Source of the DNA: a virus
Taxonomy: Duplodnaviria > Caudoviricetes
Virus record (IMG/VR): IMGVR_UViG_3300027851_000033
Location: 1 to 56,471 of that record
DNA length: 56,471 bases
Direction: 5' to 3' (one strand)
The notes beneath the pieces are model-generated. The model was given only the letters and a program-made list of their open reading frames with translations. It searched no databases and had not been told where the DNA came from. Shown here in pieces: positions 17,504 through 27,984 of the stretch; the first letter of the stretch is position 1; every line of letters starts with the position of its first letter. The translations under genes and the position numbers were made by a program.

Positions 17504-18978
17504 GCTGTATAGGCTGTATAGGCGGCAGCCCCGCCACCTAGCAGCGATCCCAATCCACCCATAAACCCGTCGCCGCTATCTTGGCTATTGTTGTAAATGC
17601 TGGTTTGCGCGTTAAGTATGCTACTCAAGCCACTGAGCTTCATATTTTGTCCCTGCATAGCGAGACTGCCTGCTGTCCCCATTCCCGCCACAAGCGCATT
17701 GCCCGGAGCCATTTGATTGTTTACCGCTGCATTCCCTGCATTCGTAGCGACAGAATAAGCGCCTTGAGATGCCCCAGGCATCCCTTTGGCCAAACCCACA
17801 GCGTCGAGTCTCTTGCCCCAGTTCAGCGTATCGTCCTGAATACGCATGCCACGCCGGGTAGTCAGCCTGCCGCGCGTTGAATCAATCCCCTGATTCCGTG
17901 TTCCATTGGCTGCCGCCGCAATCGCAGCCGCTTGATTTGTTGCGACACTACCCGCATTTGCAGCAATGGCATTGCCAGACAGCCCATAGCGCCTCCCCTG
18001 CCGAGCCATCTGATTCAGTGACCGTGTATAGCCTCCTTGAGTGTCCGCTACAGCGCGCGCTACATTGTTTTCAATGTCGCCTTTGTTGGTGTCATAAATC
18101 GCGGTATCGCTGCCAGTAACCAACTCCCGTTCCGCCGCATCGCGTGCTTGTAGCGCCGCTTGCCCCTGGCTTATGTACTTAGCCGACAACGCCGACGAAC
18201 CAGAACTATCCATCGAAATTCCGCTAGGGTCGAAAGCCTTCGGCGTCGCAACGGGAGCGGGTTGAGGTTTGACACCCCCAAGAGCAGCCCTAAGACGGGC
18301 GTTAGTCGCGTTTTGAGCAACAGCAGCATCTATTTCTGCCTGGTTAGTCGCTGTTGACATCCCTGGAACCCTGTTGGTTAGGGGGTTTCGCGGAGACGCG
18401 GACATGCCAAACCTAGTCGCATACACTGGCTTAGGAACTGCAACGTCAGCTACTTGCCCTAGATCAAATGTCGGGACTCCTGCGGCCGCAGCGGCGGCTG
18501 TCTGTCTAGCGATGTCAGTGTCGTACTGCTGTCGGGCAGTCGTTAGACGGTTCTGGTAGTCCTGAGTTTCTTGGGTCCGCAGTGCGTTTATTTCTGCTAC
18601 TTGCTCCGGGGACAGGCCATTAGCATCGTACAACAGCTGCTGTTCAGCCGGACGGTATTCCTTCAGATAGTCGTAATAATCATCCCCTTGCTGCTTTGTC
18701 TGGTTCATAATCCCCAGTTGTGCAGCAACGACAGGGGCAGCAACTGTTTGATTGGTATCGAATTGCCGTTGAGATTCAGCCAGCACGCGATCGGCTTGTT
18801 CTGCCCCGATTTTCGCCGCAGCTTCCGATGCTTGTGCAACAGGTGTGTAATCGGGTGGAGGCGGGGAGTCCCCCTTCCCGCCGCCGTGATAGATGCGACG
18901 ACGATCAACCGTCATTGATGACATATCGCCAATCGGCTCACCTAGTGACTCCAGCTTGCGCCTGCTAATGTATCCCAT
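17500..18978 (-). CDS. Putative DNA injection (pilot) protein
   Basis: N-terminal GGKGDSPPPPDY, Ala/Gln-rich body and Gly-rich hydrophobic C-terminus. Confidence 0.65.
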   Translation of the reverse strand: MGYISRRKLESLGEPIGDMSSMTVDRRRIYHGGGKGDSPPPPDYTPVAQASEAAAKIGAEQADRVLAESQRQFDTNQTVAAPVVAAQLGIMNQTKQQGDDYYDYLKEYRPAEQQLLYDANGLSPEQVAEINALRTQETQDYQNRLTTARQQYDTDIARQTAAAAAAGVPTFDLGQVADVAVPKPVYATRFGMSASPRNPLTNRVPGMSTATNQAEIDAAVAQNATNARLRAALGGVKPQPAPVATPKAFDPSGISMDSSGSSALSAKYISQGQAALQARDAAERELVTGSDTAIYDTNKGDIENNVARAVADTQGGYTRSLNQMARQGRRYGLSGNAIAANAGSVATNQAAAIAAAANGTRNQGIDSTRGRLTTRRGMRIQDDTLNWGKRLDAVGLAKGMPGASQGAYSVATNAGNAAVNNQMAPGNALVAGMGTAGSLAMQGQNMKLSGLSSILNAQTSIYNNSQDSGDGFMGGLGSLLGGGAAAYTAYTA

Positions 18979-19393
18979 GCTGTTCTCCTAGCCAGCGACA
19001 GTCAGTGCGCTGCATTTGAAATAGAACCAAGTCCTCTACACCATTCCATGCCAGTGGAATCCTGCATATCTCTGAGAAACCTATTTTCTCGGTAAAGCGC
19101 AATGAATCTTTGTTTTCAACTGAAACCACATTGATCAATACTTTCAGATCAAGAAAGTTAAACGCATAATCAAAACAGGCATACAAGAATTCACGGCGCA
19201 ACCAGTATTTGCCAACACCGGCACAGTGCATACTTGCCCTAGCCTTGCTAACATAACCATCAATCACAATCCCTGCGCGCAACTCTCCATGCTCTTCCCA
19301 CCCTAGGGCAGAAGCATTTTTCCATGGAACGTCTAATCCGATTCGCTCGGCAACCCATGCGCTAACCCTTTCTCGTTGATTAGTGATTAACAT
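18965..19393 (-). CDS. GNAT-family acetyltransferase-like protein
   Basis: ENKDSLRFTEKIGF motif; position is typical for podophage tail modules. Confidence 0.75.
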   Translation of the reverse strand: MLITNQRERVSAWVAERIGLDVPWKNASALGWEEHGELRAGIVIDGYVSKARASMHCAGVGKYWLRREFLYACFDYAFNFLDLKVLINVVSVENKDSLRFTEKIGFSEICRIPLAWNGVEDLVLFQMQRTDCRWLGEQHGIH

Positions 19394-19402
19394 TGCTTGA
19401 TG

Positions 19403-19420
19403 TTGCCACGCATGGTGCGA
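19403..19420 (-). promoter_or_regulatory. 18-bp late-gene motif, copy 2 (TTGCCACGCATGGTGCGA)
   Basis: Intergenic, 10 bp upstream of the GNAT gene. Confidence 0.55.
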
Positions 19421-19612
19421 CTACTGAATCAAAGCAAGAACCTCATTGATCTTGTTAATAATATCCGTGGTCGTCGCCTCGCTAGACAGCGGCTTTATCT
19501 TCCCGCCACGCAGCCCTGAAAGCACCTCAAACCTCTCCTTCACTGCCTCGTCAAACCCCCGGCGATCTCTATCTGCCGTTACGGGGACACGGGGGATAAC
19601 ACGTTTGCTCAA
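19421..19612 (-). CDS. Small virion-module protein
   Basis: 63 aa, translationally coupled to the upstream tail gene. Confidence 0.65.
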   Translation of the reverse strand: MSKRVIPRVPVTADRDRRGFDEAVKERFEVLSGLRGGKIKPLSSEATTTDIINKINEVLALIQ

Positions 19613-21612
19613 GATTGTCTCAACGCCAAGGGCGTTTCACCGAGTTCTACCGACTTTATGCGGCACTGGCTCTGCACGCGGAAAGAAACCGTGTCCGCCT
19701 TGTACCCCGAAGGCAACCGAAAAACATTGTTATCTTTGACAGTACGCGATGCTCGCAAGGCGCCATTCGTGTAGAGAGAAAAAATGACTTCGTTCGCTGG
19801 CGGATTGTCTGGTGGTGACTGTAAGTCAGAGTCGTTGTAGGGTAGCGTGTTGATAGTGGCGGCGTTCCACTCGCCGTGCGTGGTTCCCAGCGCAATCAAA
19901 GCGGCATTGGCTGCGTTCACTGCGGCAATCTTGGCATTTATTGCCGCCGACTGAAGCGGGTCGATTGCCTGAACAAAATTAACCTTAGCCGCTCCTAAAT
20001 TCTGGGGCGCTGGAAGGACAATCTCCTTGCTCTGCCAGTCCTGGGAAAGCGAGTACCCGTCCGCAGGGTCAAACGCAAAGATGTCAGAGTCCTTTGAGTA
20101 GTAGAGCTGACTATCCGTGCTATCCGCGTGAATATCGTCCGCGCTGAAATGGGCTTCTGTCAGATACTGATCATCGCCCAGCAAATTGAAGATGAGAATC
20201 TTATTCACCCCGTCCACGGTGTATTTCACATACAACCGCCTGCCGACCATCGCTGAAACCATCGTTTCAGGGGCGTAGTTGGGGAACTCCTTGTCGGTAA
20301 AGTAGGGTAGCGACCATAACTCGATACCTGCCCCGCTCATACGGATAAAGCCGCTTTCTGAGGCGTAGATCAGGGCATCCCCGAGGGATACCGCCGAGCG
20401 TTTTGAAACGCAGGGTAGAACTTCTTCCCAACTCTGCCCGCTCATTTGTCCCGGCTCAACGCCCTGGATGAGGAATGGCTTGGATACGGTCGCCAGCGCA
20501 ATCCCGGAACCAAAACTTCCCGCCGCCACAATCGGGTAGTCGGCCTGCATTTGATACTCAGGGGGCCAGGCGTGCGGCTGATTAGGCTCGGACACGCACA
20601 GCTTGTTATCAATGAACCCTGCCAATGCGCCACTGGGCAAAGAGAAAATCCCTTTAAGCCCCACGGGTGGCATTTCCCAAGTCCCTGAAATCAGTTCATC
20701 GCCGAGGATGGTGGCGTCGGTCAGGGTGTCGCTGTAGGTCGTGCCGGTGATAGCTTCGGCCACCAACTGAAACTGTCCTGTCGTGCCCGCACTGCGATAC
20801 AGCCGCTTGTAAAGCGTCCCGGCAAACGCGGCCTTTCTGGCCCACGTAGTCGCTGCGCTGTAGTTTCCAGCCACCTTGAACTTCAGGGTCGTGCCCACGG
20901 CAGTCACTGTGAGCGTTGCCCCAGAGATAACCACCTGTTCGCCGACCCGCAGCCAGTGTGGCACAGTGCCAGTGAATTCTGTTTCTGCCGCCGCGAAAAC
21001 CCCGGTCACCGTGCCGCTATTGGGGGGTGTCGCATCCATGCCAGAGATAGACCAAGTGGCATCCACCTTGCCTGTGACAGAGGTTGATACAGGAGAGACC
21101 GCTCCCTCGAACTCGACATCTCCCCAGACAGAGTAAAATGTGTAGGCATAAAACCGCGTCACCGCCGCCCCCACCCCCCCGGTTTGAGAGACTGCCGGGG
21201 CCGTTACGGGTTTAGGGGTGCCCAAGACATACGCCTTGCTGGGGTACATATCTCCGCCCCCAAAAACTGCATCCGCCATTGAGGTGATTCGGGGCTCCCC
21301 ATCCCCGGTAAAACACCAGCGCGCCGTACCAAAGAGAATGGCGCGCACCACATCTATGTCGTTCTGCCAGGCCAGCCAGGCCGAAGCGGCGCCGTCCTCA
21401 ATACGGTGGATAGTCTGAAACGGCCCGAGCTTGAAACTGCTATACACCCGCTCACCCTGGTTAAAGGGGATCAGTTCTCCAGACGACAGCCGACAATTCA
21501 CCGCAATCTGCGCGGCGTTGTCAGGAATCAATCGTTCGGCGGTTCGGGGAAGAACCCCGCCAAAGCTAGTTAAGCGGATTGCGCCCACAGGAGTCTCTCT
21601 TTCGTCGATCAA
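19609..21612 (-). CDS. Tail tubular/nozzle (DNA stabilization) protein
   Basis: About 660 aa, beta-rich, N-terminal FGGVLPR motif. True start may be GTG near 21588. Confidence 0.7.
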   Translation of the reverse strand: MIDERETPVGAIRLTSFGGVLPRTAERLIPDNAAQIAVNCRLSSGELIPFNQGERVYSSFKLGPFQTIHRIEDGAASAWLAWQNDIDVVRAILFGTARWCFTGDGEPRITSMADAVFGGGDMYPSKAYVLGTPKPVTAPAVSQTGGVGAAVTRFYAYTFYSVWGDVEFEGAVSPVSTSVTGKVDATWSISGMDATPPNSGTVTGVFAAAETEFTGTVPHWLRVGEQVVISGATLTVTAVGTTLKFKVAGNYSAATTWARKAAFAGTLYKRLYRSAGTTGQFQLVAEAITGTTYSDTLTDATILGDELISGTWEMPPVGLKGIFSLPSGALAGFIDNKLCVSEPNQPHAWPPEYQMQADYPIVAAGSFGSGIALATVSKPFLIQGVEPGQMSGQSWEEVLPCVSKRSAVSLGDALIYASESGFIRMSGAGIELWSLPYFTDKEFPNYAPETMVSAMVGRRLYVKYTVDGVNKILIFNLLGDDQYLTEAHFSADDIHADSTDSQLYYSKDSDIFAFDPADGYSLSQDWQSKEIVLPAPQNLGAAKVNFVQAIDPLQSAAINAKIAAVNAANAALIALGTTHGEWNAATINTLPYNDSDLQSPPDNPPANEVIFSLYTNGALRASRTVKDNNVFRLPSGYKADTVSFRVQSQCRIKSVELGETPLALRQS

Positions 21613-21865
21613 ACAAGATTAAGCCCGCGTTGCCAAACAAGAACAGCCACATAGCAAGAGTTAGATACCCGCCGTCCCGCGTCCACAGATAAATAAAGCT
21701 GCTCACAGCCGCAGAAGCCAAGCTGATATAAGTGCAGCCAAAAGCCCAAAAGAACCCCCGCCCGCAGAGACACTTGCTCCAATGGCTGTGATACAGCACG
21801 CATACGCTGCGCACGACCACAATCAGCGACAGCAAGGCGGCAATGATTATCATGAACGTACTCAC
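21566..21865 (-). CDS. Small membrane protein (about 3 TM)
   Basis: Hydrophobic segments; coupled to the upstream gene. Confidence 0.6.
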   Translation of the reverse strand: MSTFMIIIAALLSLIVVVRSVCVLYHSHWSKCLCGRGFFWAFGCTYISLASAAVSSFIYLWTRDGGYLTLAMWLFLFGNAGLILFDRRKRDSCGRNPLN

Positions 21866-22230
21866 TGGCCTTCTCCGTTAAAAAACCGCTTGCGAACAAT
21901 TGGAAGATGCACCCCTCCACCAATGGTTGCAGCAGCAGCAAATCGCAGGGAGTCGCTTCCGATAGCAGCGGCCCACTGGAAATAATTAACAATCGCCGCT
22001 GCGACTATTGGCGCAAAAATGCCTGACAAAAACGCGCTTCCCGCAACCAGAGCAAATATCCTCAACGGGGTTCGCGCGCCAGGCTTCGGAGGGACGTGCA
22101 TCAATGCAACCAACCCCGCCATGAACCCAATAAGTAGCGCGTCAGCGTGCATACCTAAGAGCATACCAAGACCTGTGGCTGCGGCGGCAGGGGCAACGCC
22201 GGTTAGAATCGTTTGTGCGGGTTCGGCCAT
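21862..22230 (-). CDS. Holin-like membrane protein
   Basis: 122 aa, 3-4 hydrophobic segments and a basic C-terminus. Confidence 0.55.
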   Translation of the reverse strand: MAEPAQTILTGVAPAAAATGLGMLLGMHADALLIGFMAGLVALMHVPPKPGARTPLRIFALVAGSAFLSGIFAPIVAAAIVNYFQWAAAIGSDSLRFAAAATIGGGVHLPIVRKRFFNGEGQ

Positions 22231-22231
22231 A

Positions 22232-22561
22232 TCAAAAATCCTTTGTTGGGCAGCGGTTAATTTTTCTTTCCCAGCGGTCTTTGCACAGACTACCTGCGCA
22301 GGTTTTAATCTCGGTTTTCAACCACTGAAGGTTCTCCACCACATCACACCCACAGCTTGCCAGCGGGATGACATGGTCTACTTGCCAACCTGGGCAAGCG
22401 CCCGAGCGCCTTCCTGTAGAAGGGCATGCGTGATGGCTTCTGAATTCTGCTTTCGCTGCGTAGCCGCGCGTCTGGCGTGTATCACACAACCGGGAATCTG
22501 CCGCATAAGCAGTGCTCGAAAATAAACAGAAAGCAACGAATAGATTTTTATTCCAGCCCAC
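22232..22561 (-). CDS. HNH-motif protein with signal-peptide-like N-terminus
   Basis: CPSTG...CPGWQVDHVIPLASCGCDVVENLQWL. Confidence 0.7.
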   Translation of the reverse strand: MGWNKNLFVAFCLFSSTAYAADSRLCDTRQTRGYAAKAEFRSHHACPSTGRRSGACPGWQVDHVIPLASCGCDVVENLQWLKTEIKTCAGSLCKDRWERKINRCPTKDF

Positions 22562-22666
22562 GTGACTTTCTCACTTTCTCGAAAATAAAATCTTTCAAAT
22601 CATTCAATAAAATTCGGCAGAAGATCAATATGACCATTAAATCTGCTGCAACACTTAACAGCCGCC

Positions 22667-22852
22667 TCACCTCAACCGCCCGAAGCCAAACACGGTTGGC
22701 AATAGTGAGCAAATAACTACTAGCCATAAAATAAAAACCATGATGACGGCGATAACCACCTCCTGCCAGTCTGATCGCCGATAGGCGTTCAGCGCACCCA
22801 GCGCTGCGACTGTAACCACCATAAAAAATAAGATCGAAAGCGAGGAATTCAT
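22667..22852 (-). CDS. Small 2-TM membrane protein
   Basis: Two hydrophobic segments; coupled to the upstream gene; AT-rich region. Confidence 0.45.
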   Translation of the reverse strand: MNSSLSILFFMVVTVAALGALNAYRRSDWQEVVIAVIMVFILWLVVICSLLPTVFGFGRLR

Positions 22853-23103
22853 TTGAATTCTTCCGGCAAATGGATGCGATACCTTTCAGATAGGTAAGAC
22901 TTGAAGCAGTGGTCATCCTCGCCAAAGCGCCTGAAAATCCAGTCAATCACCGGGCGGAAGATTCGCCCGAACAACTTTCCTTTTTGTTCCGTGCGCCAAG
23001 CTGCGCTGCTCATGGTTTCGTCTGGCAAGCCGTTGCCAAAACTAATCCACACGTAAATGAATTGACTAACGCCGATGAGGATATTCAGAATCCGCTGTTT
23101 CAT
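22849..23103 (-). CDS. Phage hypothetical protein
   Basis: G.PDETMSSAAWR...IDWIF...DHC pattern common in phage tail regions. Confidence 0.7.
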   Translation of the reverse strand: MKQRILNILIGVSQFIYVWISFGNGLPDETMSSAAWRTEQKGKLFGRIFRPVIDWIFRRFGEDDHCFKSYLSERYRIHLPEEFK

Positions 23104-23780
23104 ACCTTCGCCCCGATCTTGATTGAAAACTTCAACGCCGCAACATAACTGTTTTTAGTGTCTGGGTTTTCAATAAACGGGTCGAACTGCCAGCCGATAT
23201 TAAAAAATATCGCACGGCTTAAAATAGGTATTTTGCGGACAATCATGTACTGGAAATAATTACCACACACCGCATAAAATGCCTGCCCCACATGCGCCGG
23301 GTTATTCTTGCTCAACCACGGATTGCCTGTGCATTTAATCTCGCTGATTGCGTTAAATCGCGCAGCCAATGGGCCATTAACCAGCCCATGCGCGCTATTC
23401 CTGACGAGCCACAGCCACTGCCCTGTGTAGCTCTTGTAATCCGGATAGTGGATCGTCTGCCATCCCTTATCACCATACAGCGAATTGTCTGGCGTCTGAA
23501 ACCAGCTTAACCAGCGAGGCAAGCGAGGTTCGACTAACAGCGCCTGCCCGTTATCGCTTAAACCTAATGCAGGCTTGGCGAAGACCGGGAGCAGGGGTGC
23601 TATAAGGTTGGCGAGTACATCAAAAGCGAAGTTAATCAGCAAATAGATAACGTATCGACACTCTGCGTGTTTTAAGTCCCTGAAAGCGATGCAGATGCCT
23701 AGCGGAATAATGGCGATCAGATTCAGCGCCAGAAGTAGCATCCGCGTTGCCAACATTAGAGGGTAGTCTAGGAGTTTCAT
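23100..23780 (-). CDS. Phage membrane-associated protein
   Basis: LPRWLSWFQTPDNSLYGD...WLVRN motif; coupled on both sides. Confidence 0.7.
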   Translation of the reverse strand: MKLLDYPLMLATRMLLLALNLIAIIPLGICIAFRDLKHAECRYVIYLLINFAFDVLANLIAPLLPVFAKPALGLSDNGQALLVEPRLPRWLSWFQTPDNSLYGDKGWQTIHYPDYKSYTGQWLWLVRNSAHGLVNGPLAARFNAISEIKCTGNPWLSKNNPAHVGQAFYAVCGNYFQYMIVRKIPILSRAIFFNIGWQFDPFIENPDTKNSYVAALKFSIKIGAKV

Positions 23781-24778
23781 CTCACTCTGCGCGCGTCAAT
23801 CCGCCCATAGGCTGTCATCGTGCTCACCGTGAAGTTGGCTACCGCAACTAAATAAACCGTTGTTGTCACTGCAAAAGACATCCTCGTCGGGGGCAACGAA
23901 TACCCCATGTTTTCTCCGGGAACGAATGCGGCTGTTCTATGGATAAATTCAACATCTGGGTTGAAGGTTGCTGAAGTCGTGTTAATACTTCCGGCGAGCG
24001 ATGTAACGCTTGTTGATGCTGCCGGTTGAAATTGCACGATCCCCGATATATCCCAATCGCCTGCGGTCAGTGATATGTTTGTAATGTTAAGTATAGGGCC
24101 ATTAGAAATACTGAGCGCCGATGCTAGAGGGACAACAGAGCTAACATACTCACCAACATAGCCAGCGGCGGCGGAGTCATTCGTATTTGTTCCTTTTATC
24201 GCTGTCCCCCCAGTTCTGTTAATCGCAGTCAGCGCGGTCATGCTGGTGATGTCGGCATTGACCCCCGTCGCAGCGTTACCAGATGTACTAATATTCCAAG
24301 TACCTGTTGCGTTGGAACCGTCGACCTTCGTAAATAGCGTATTGAAATACGTTACCAGCGTCGATTTCAGGTTCGCCCAGGTCAGCTTCTTCAGTCCGAA
24401 GGAAGCGGCAGAATCGGTGACGCCAAGCTCGTCTGCATCAACAGGTGTCACCTTGCTCGTCGAATTAGTTATCTGCGGGCCTACTGCAAAATCGTTAAAC
24501 CCAGCTGCGCAAGGGCGGCAACCTATCGTATCGCCAATCGCCCAAGTTCGGGCCGCCGTACCATCCTGTGCGCGAACGACATTCAATACGTCGCCAGTCA
24601 CAGAGGTCAGTTTGACGATCTCGATGTTGCTAGAAGCATCTTGCAGTGTTAGGTAACTGTAATTCGCCCCCACAGCAAACTTAGCGCCGTGACCTACCTG
24701 AACAGAAATAGCGGTAGCAATCGAAGTCAGCCCCCCTGATAGCGTTGAGGCGGCGTTATTTAGCGCGACGTAGGGCAT
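23777..24778 (-). CDS. Tail fiber protein
   Basis: N-terminal NNAASTL...VVRAQDGT anchor; C-terminal GYVGEY...LTAGDWDI domain. Confidence 0.75.
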   Translation of the reverse strand: MPYVALNNAASTLSGGLTSIATAISVQVGHGAKFAVGANYSYLTLQDASSNIEIVKLTSVTGDVLNVVRAQDGTAARTWAIGDTIGCRPCAAGFNDFAVGPQITNSTSKVTPVDADELGVTDSAASFGLKKLTWANLKSTLVTYFNTLFTKVDGSNATGTWNISTSGNAATGVNADITSMTALTAINRTGGTAIKGTNTNDSAAAGYVGEYVSSVVPLASALSISNGPILNITNISLTAGDWDISGIVQFQPAASTSVTSLAGSINTTSATFNPDVEFIHRTAAFVPGENMGYSLPPTRMSFAVTTTVYLVAVANFTVSTMTAYGRIDARRVR

Positions 24779-24781
24779 GGC

Positions 24782-25384
24782 TTACTCCTTGGCTCCGGTG
24801 CTGCGTGATGCGAATTGATTAAGAAACATCGTGGCTCTGCCACTTACAGCATGCTCATCGTCACGGCTCTCGGCCATGCCTACGATGTAGTCGGCAACTG
24901 CATCTTTCAGGCTTTCCGGTAGTCCGGTATCCTGATCTACGGTGTAAGTCGCAGGCACGCGCACATAGAGCACCGTGACTTGCTGTGCCGCTGGAGCTGG
25001 GGGGTAGAGGTAGAACCCGAACGGGTTGTCGGCATGAGGCATCCAGTGCTGCGCTGGTGCGGCTGCCATTTGCATCCACCCTGGAGAAAAGTTATCCAGC
25101 GTTGCTTTATCCACCGGCGTAATGACGTTGCCGTTCTTTATCGACGTGACGGAAACTAGAGAGTGCGTATCAGCGAACCCTAGAGTTTGCAGCGCTTTAC
25201 CCGTCACGCAAGTGACATCCCCCTCAGTGTAGAACAGGCTTGGCCGTAGTGTTACCAGCGACCGTAGCGCACCATTGCCATATTCCAGCAAGTCGGGGTC
25301 AGGGTAGCGGTAGTCCGGGGTTAAATCATTCAAGATACCCCGAGCAAGCGATATGGCGGAAGAGAGTTTCAGCCCCATCAACAA
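24782..25384 (-). CDS. Head-tail adaptor protein
   Basis: About 200 aa, FYLYPP motif, downstream of the capsid genes. Confidence 0.65.
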   Translation of the reverse strand: MLMGLKLSSAISLARGILNDLTPDYRYPDPDLLEYGNGALRSLVTLRPSLFYTEGDVTCVTGKALQTLGFADTHSLVSVTSIKNGNVITPVDKATLDNFSPGWMQMAAAPAQHWMPHADNPFGFYLYPPAPAAQQVTVLYVRVPATYTVDQDTGLPESLKDAVADYIVGMAESRDDEHAVSGRATMFLNQFASRSTGAKE

Positions 25385-26010
25385 AAGCTCCCTGAAAATC
25401 TTGGCCTGGCCATGCCAAATCCATTAGATGCGTTGCCCGTTGCCTTCATCACAGCATCCTCATAGGCAGATAGATTAATCGCCACATGGTCAGGACTTGC
25501 CCAAGGCACGTCGCGCATTGCCATCATTTTTGCTTTTGTGCCCGAGCAAAGCGCTTGCCGCCACTTGGCAAACAGCCAATCCTCTATCCCGATTGCGGCA
25601 ATCGACGGCTTGATCGCCGCCTGTATCTTGATTGCGCCTGTTGCATTCGCTGACGGCGCTGGCACAAGAAGCACATTGTCCAAATCCTGCTGAGTGTAAT
25701 AATCTGGCGCACCAACCTCACTACGCCAGTCAGGAAATCGGCTCTCAAGAAACTGTCTTGCCTTTGGGTCAATCAGTTTCCCGGAGAAAAATATCGACTT
25801 TATTTCAACCAAGTCTGTATTGGCAGGCAAGGTTAATGCGTACCCCATCTGCGAAGCAACAGCATCAATCGCCGCCAAATCCACAACGTAAGCCTTGGAG
25901 CGTTCAAAGAAATCAATCGCCGTGTTTCGCAGCCAGTGATCAATGATAGGGAGCGCCGCACCAGAAAGCTCTGGTACTAGATCAGGATAAAAGGCGCTCC
26001 ACAGCTTCAT
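25378..26010 (-). CDS. Head-tail adaptor-like protein
   Basis: 210 aa, G.PDYY...LVPAP motif; likely paralog of its neighbour. Confidence 0.6.
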   Translation of the reverse strand: MKLWSAFYPDLVPELSGAALPIIDHWLRNTAIDFFERSKAYVVDLAAIDAVASQMGYALTLPANTDLVEIKSIFFSGKLIDPKARQFLESRFPDWRSEVGAPDYYTQQDLDNVLLVPAPSANATGAIKIQAAIKPSIAAIGIEDWLFAKWRQALCSGTKAKMMAMRDVPWASPDHVAINLSAYEDAVMKATGNASNGFGMARPRFSGSFC

Positions 26011-26013
26011 GGG

Positions 26014-26271
26014 TTACTTGCCTTTTTTCTTTGTAATTACTGGCTGGTCTGCCGCTTTGGATGCTTCGGTAAGCAAGGCAATCCCTCGCTCGATACCCTC
26101 TTCATCAACCGGGTAAAAATTACCAGACTCAATCAGCATGGCAATATCATCATCGCGGACATCACACGTCAAATGGCCGTCAGCATCTGGCATAAAAACG
26201 TATTCAGTTTTGCCAAACTCTGCCACAACATTCCCATCGCGACGGGGTTTTATGTCTGTTCCTAATTTCAT
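26014..26271 (-). CDS. Hypothetical protein (85 aa)
   Basis: GGAG RBS before MKLGTDIK. Confidence 0.65.
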   Translation of the reverse strand: MKLGTDIKPRRDGNVVAEFGKTEYVFMPDADGHLTCDVRDDDIAMLIESGNFYPVDEEGIERGIALLTEASKAADQPVITKKKGK

Positions 26272-26283
26272 AATAATCTCCAG

Positions 26284-26308
26284 AAAAAAGGGGAGGCAAT
26301 ACCTCCCC
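26284..26308 (-). terminator. Intrinsic terminator after the capsid/decoration genes
   Basis: GGGGAGG-TATTG-CCTCCCC followed by a T6 run on the minus strand. Confidence 0.7.
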
Positions 26309-26342
26309 CGTGAAGCCACCCATGCGGATGGCAGAGGAGTTA

Positions 26343-26843
26343 TCAAGCAGGACGATAAGTGAGCGTCAGCCCGACTTTGCCTGCCGCAGCGGTTGCCGCA
26401 CCTGCTGTAAATTTAAGCAGAATGTACCGATCCCATGCGACAGGCGCGACGCGCGAGATCGCCTTGCTGGCAACGACTGATTGCCCGCCAGCCTGCCCAG
26501 TCGTCAGCCCGGTAATCCATGCGGCACCACCATCGGCAGCGGCAGTAGAGCTTGCTGTTCCGCCTTTGGCTTGCATGTTGTTCGACACCGCCGCATTCGA
26601 CAAGCCAATCTCGGCCACAATTGTCGGCGAGACATTCGTGTCAACGTCGTCCGCATCAAAATAAGCATCGACAGGGACGCAACCGGCAGGCAAGACGCCA
26701 ATCTCACCGATCTGGTTGGCCGCGAGTTCACTTGTCGCCAAGCTGAGTTCATAGCGGACAGCAACAGATTCAATTCCTGCTGGCGTAGGTATAGGCTTGC
26801 GCCCAGTTAAGTAGTCATTACTTGCATTCGCTGCAAAAGTCAT
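26343..26843 (-). CDS. Capsid decoration/cement-like protein
   Basis: 166 aa, beta/Ala-rich, directly after the major capsid gene. Confidence 0.6.
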   Translation of the reverse strand: MTFAANASNDYLTGRKPIPTPAGIESVAVRYELSLATSELAANQIGEIGVLPAGCVPVDAYFDADDVDTNVSPTIVAEIGLSNAAVSNNMQAKGGTASSTAAADGGAAWITGLTTGQAGGQSVVASKAISRVAPVAWDRYILLKFTAGAATAAAGKVGLTLTYRPA

Positions 26844-26868
26844 GGCATATTCTCCTTATATCAATGAA

Positions 26869-27984
26869 TTAACGAGAGGCAGCGGCAGTATCTAGGGCGA
26901 ACACGCCAAAATCCTGCGCCCCTGCTTCTGTCGTGAAAGTGGTTTTCTTGCACCCGAAAATGGATGACGTGCTGATAACAACCTTGTCACCGTTATCACG
27001 GGTTTCCTCAAACCAAGTAAATCGGGTATTGGTTCCTGGCGATCCGTAGGCGCAAACACCCGCCTGCGCACCCATGAACAATGCGCGCGCAGCTTCGACG
27101 TTTGCGCCAGCGCCCGCCGTATTGAATCGGATAACCCCTTTGTTTGAATGCAGGACAACACCACGGTGCATGCCAAGATTGTTTTTGAACAATGGCGACT
27201 TAAGCCCCTCTGAGGCAGCGGCAGCTTTTTGTAAATCCAGCCAATCGCCCGTTGCTGTGCTCTTGCGCAGATCATCTTCCTGCCAAGTGTGCATTACACA
27301 GACAAACACTTCTGCACCGTCGATCTTGCATGACTGCATGACGGGGATACCAGAAATTCCACCACCCTGAACAGTTGCCCGGTTAAACGCATTGGTAATT
27401 GCGCCAAGCGACATCTTGTCAGTGGAAGCGATGTTGTTGAATGCCGTTGCTGTTCCGCCGTATAGCTGGTGTGCGGTATCCGGTGTCACCAATGGATTGT
27501 TGGCGCGCCCGGTATAGCCGACAGGCAATAGAAAGTCCGGGTTCATGCCGCGCGAACCGGAGAGGTAAATAAACAACAACTGATCTTGCAGTCGTGCCCA
27601 CCACGAGGATTGCTGGCGCTTGGCTTTTTCGCGCAGGTTATGAATCGTGCGCTTGCGCGTCATGCGTCCGCCAGTGTTAACCCCGCATCGCGCTTGGTCG
27701 ATATACACAGAGTCGGTGTAGAAGCGCTGCTTTTCTTCCTTGCCTTCCAGGTCATCTTCGCCTTCAATCGGCGCCATGACGAGTTCAGCCATCAGATCGT
27801 ATTTAATCTCTTCGCCTGCATCAGACTCAAGATCAGTTAACACCTGGACAGGGACTTCCGCCTCTGCACCGTAGGCCATGAACCGTGGCCCGAAGTAGGA
27901 TTTCAATGAGGTATCAATGGCAAGATTGCCAGAATACCGTTTTACTGCGCGGGGATCATTTACCCCAACAAGTGTTTGCGCCAT
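26869..27984 (-). CDS. Major capsid protein, N4-gp56 (DUF4043) family
   Basis: EGDDDLEGKEE, YIDQAR.GV, RMTRKRT and FGCKKT...DFGV motifs. Confidence 0.88.
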   Translation of the reverse strand: MAQTLVGVNDPRAVKRYSGNLAIDTSLKSYFGPRFMAYGAEAEVPVQVLTDLESDAGEEIKYDLMAELVMAPIEGEDDLEGKEEKQRFYTDSVYIDQARCGVNTGGRMTRKRTIHNLREKAKRQQSSWWARLQDQLLFIYLSGSRGMNPDFLLPVGYTGRANNPLVTPDTAHQLYGGTATAFNNIASTDKMSLGAITNAFNRATVQGGGISGIPVMQSCKIDGAEVFVCVMHTWQEDDLRKSTATGDWLDLQKAAAASEGLKSPLFKNNLGMHRGVVLHSNKGVIRFNTAGAGANVEAARALFMGAQAGVCAYGSPGTNTRFTWFEETRDNGDKVVISTSSIFGCKKTTFTTEAGAQDFGVFALDTAAASR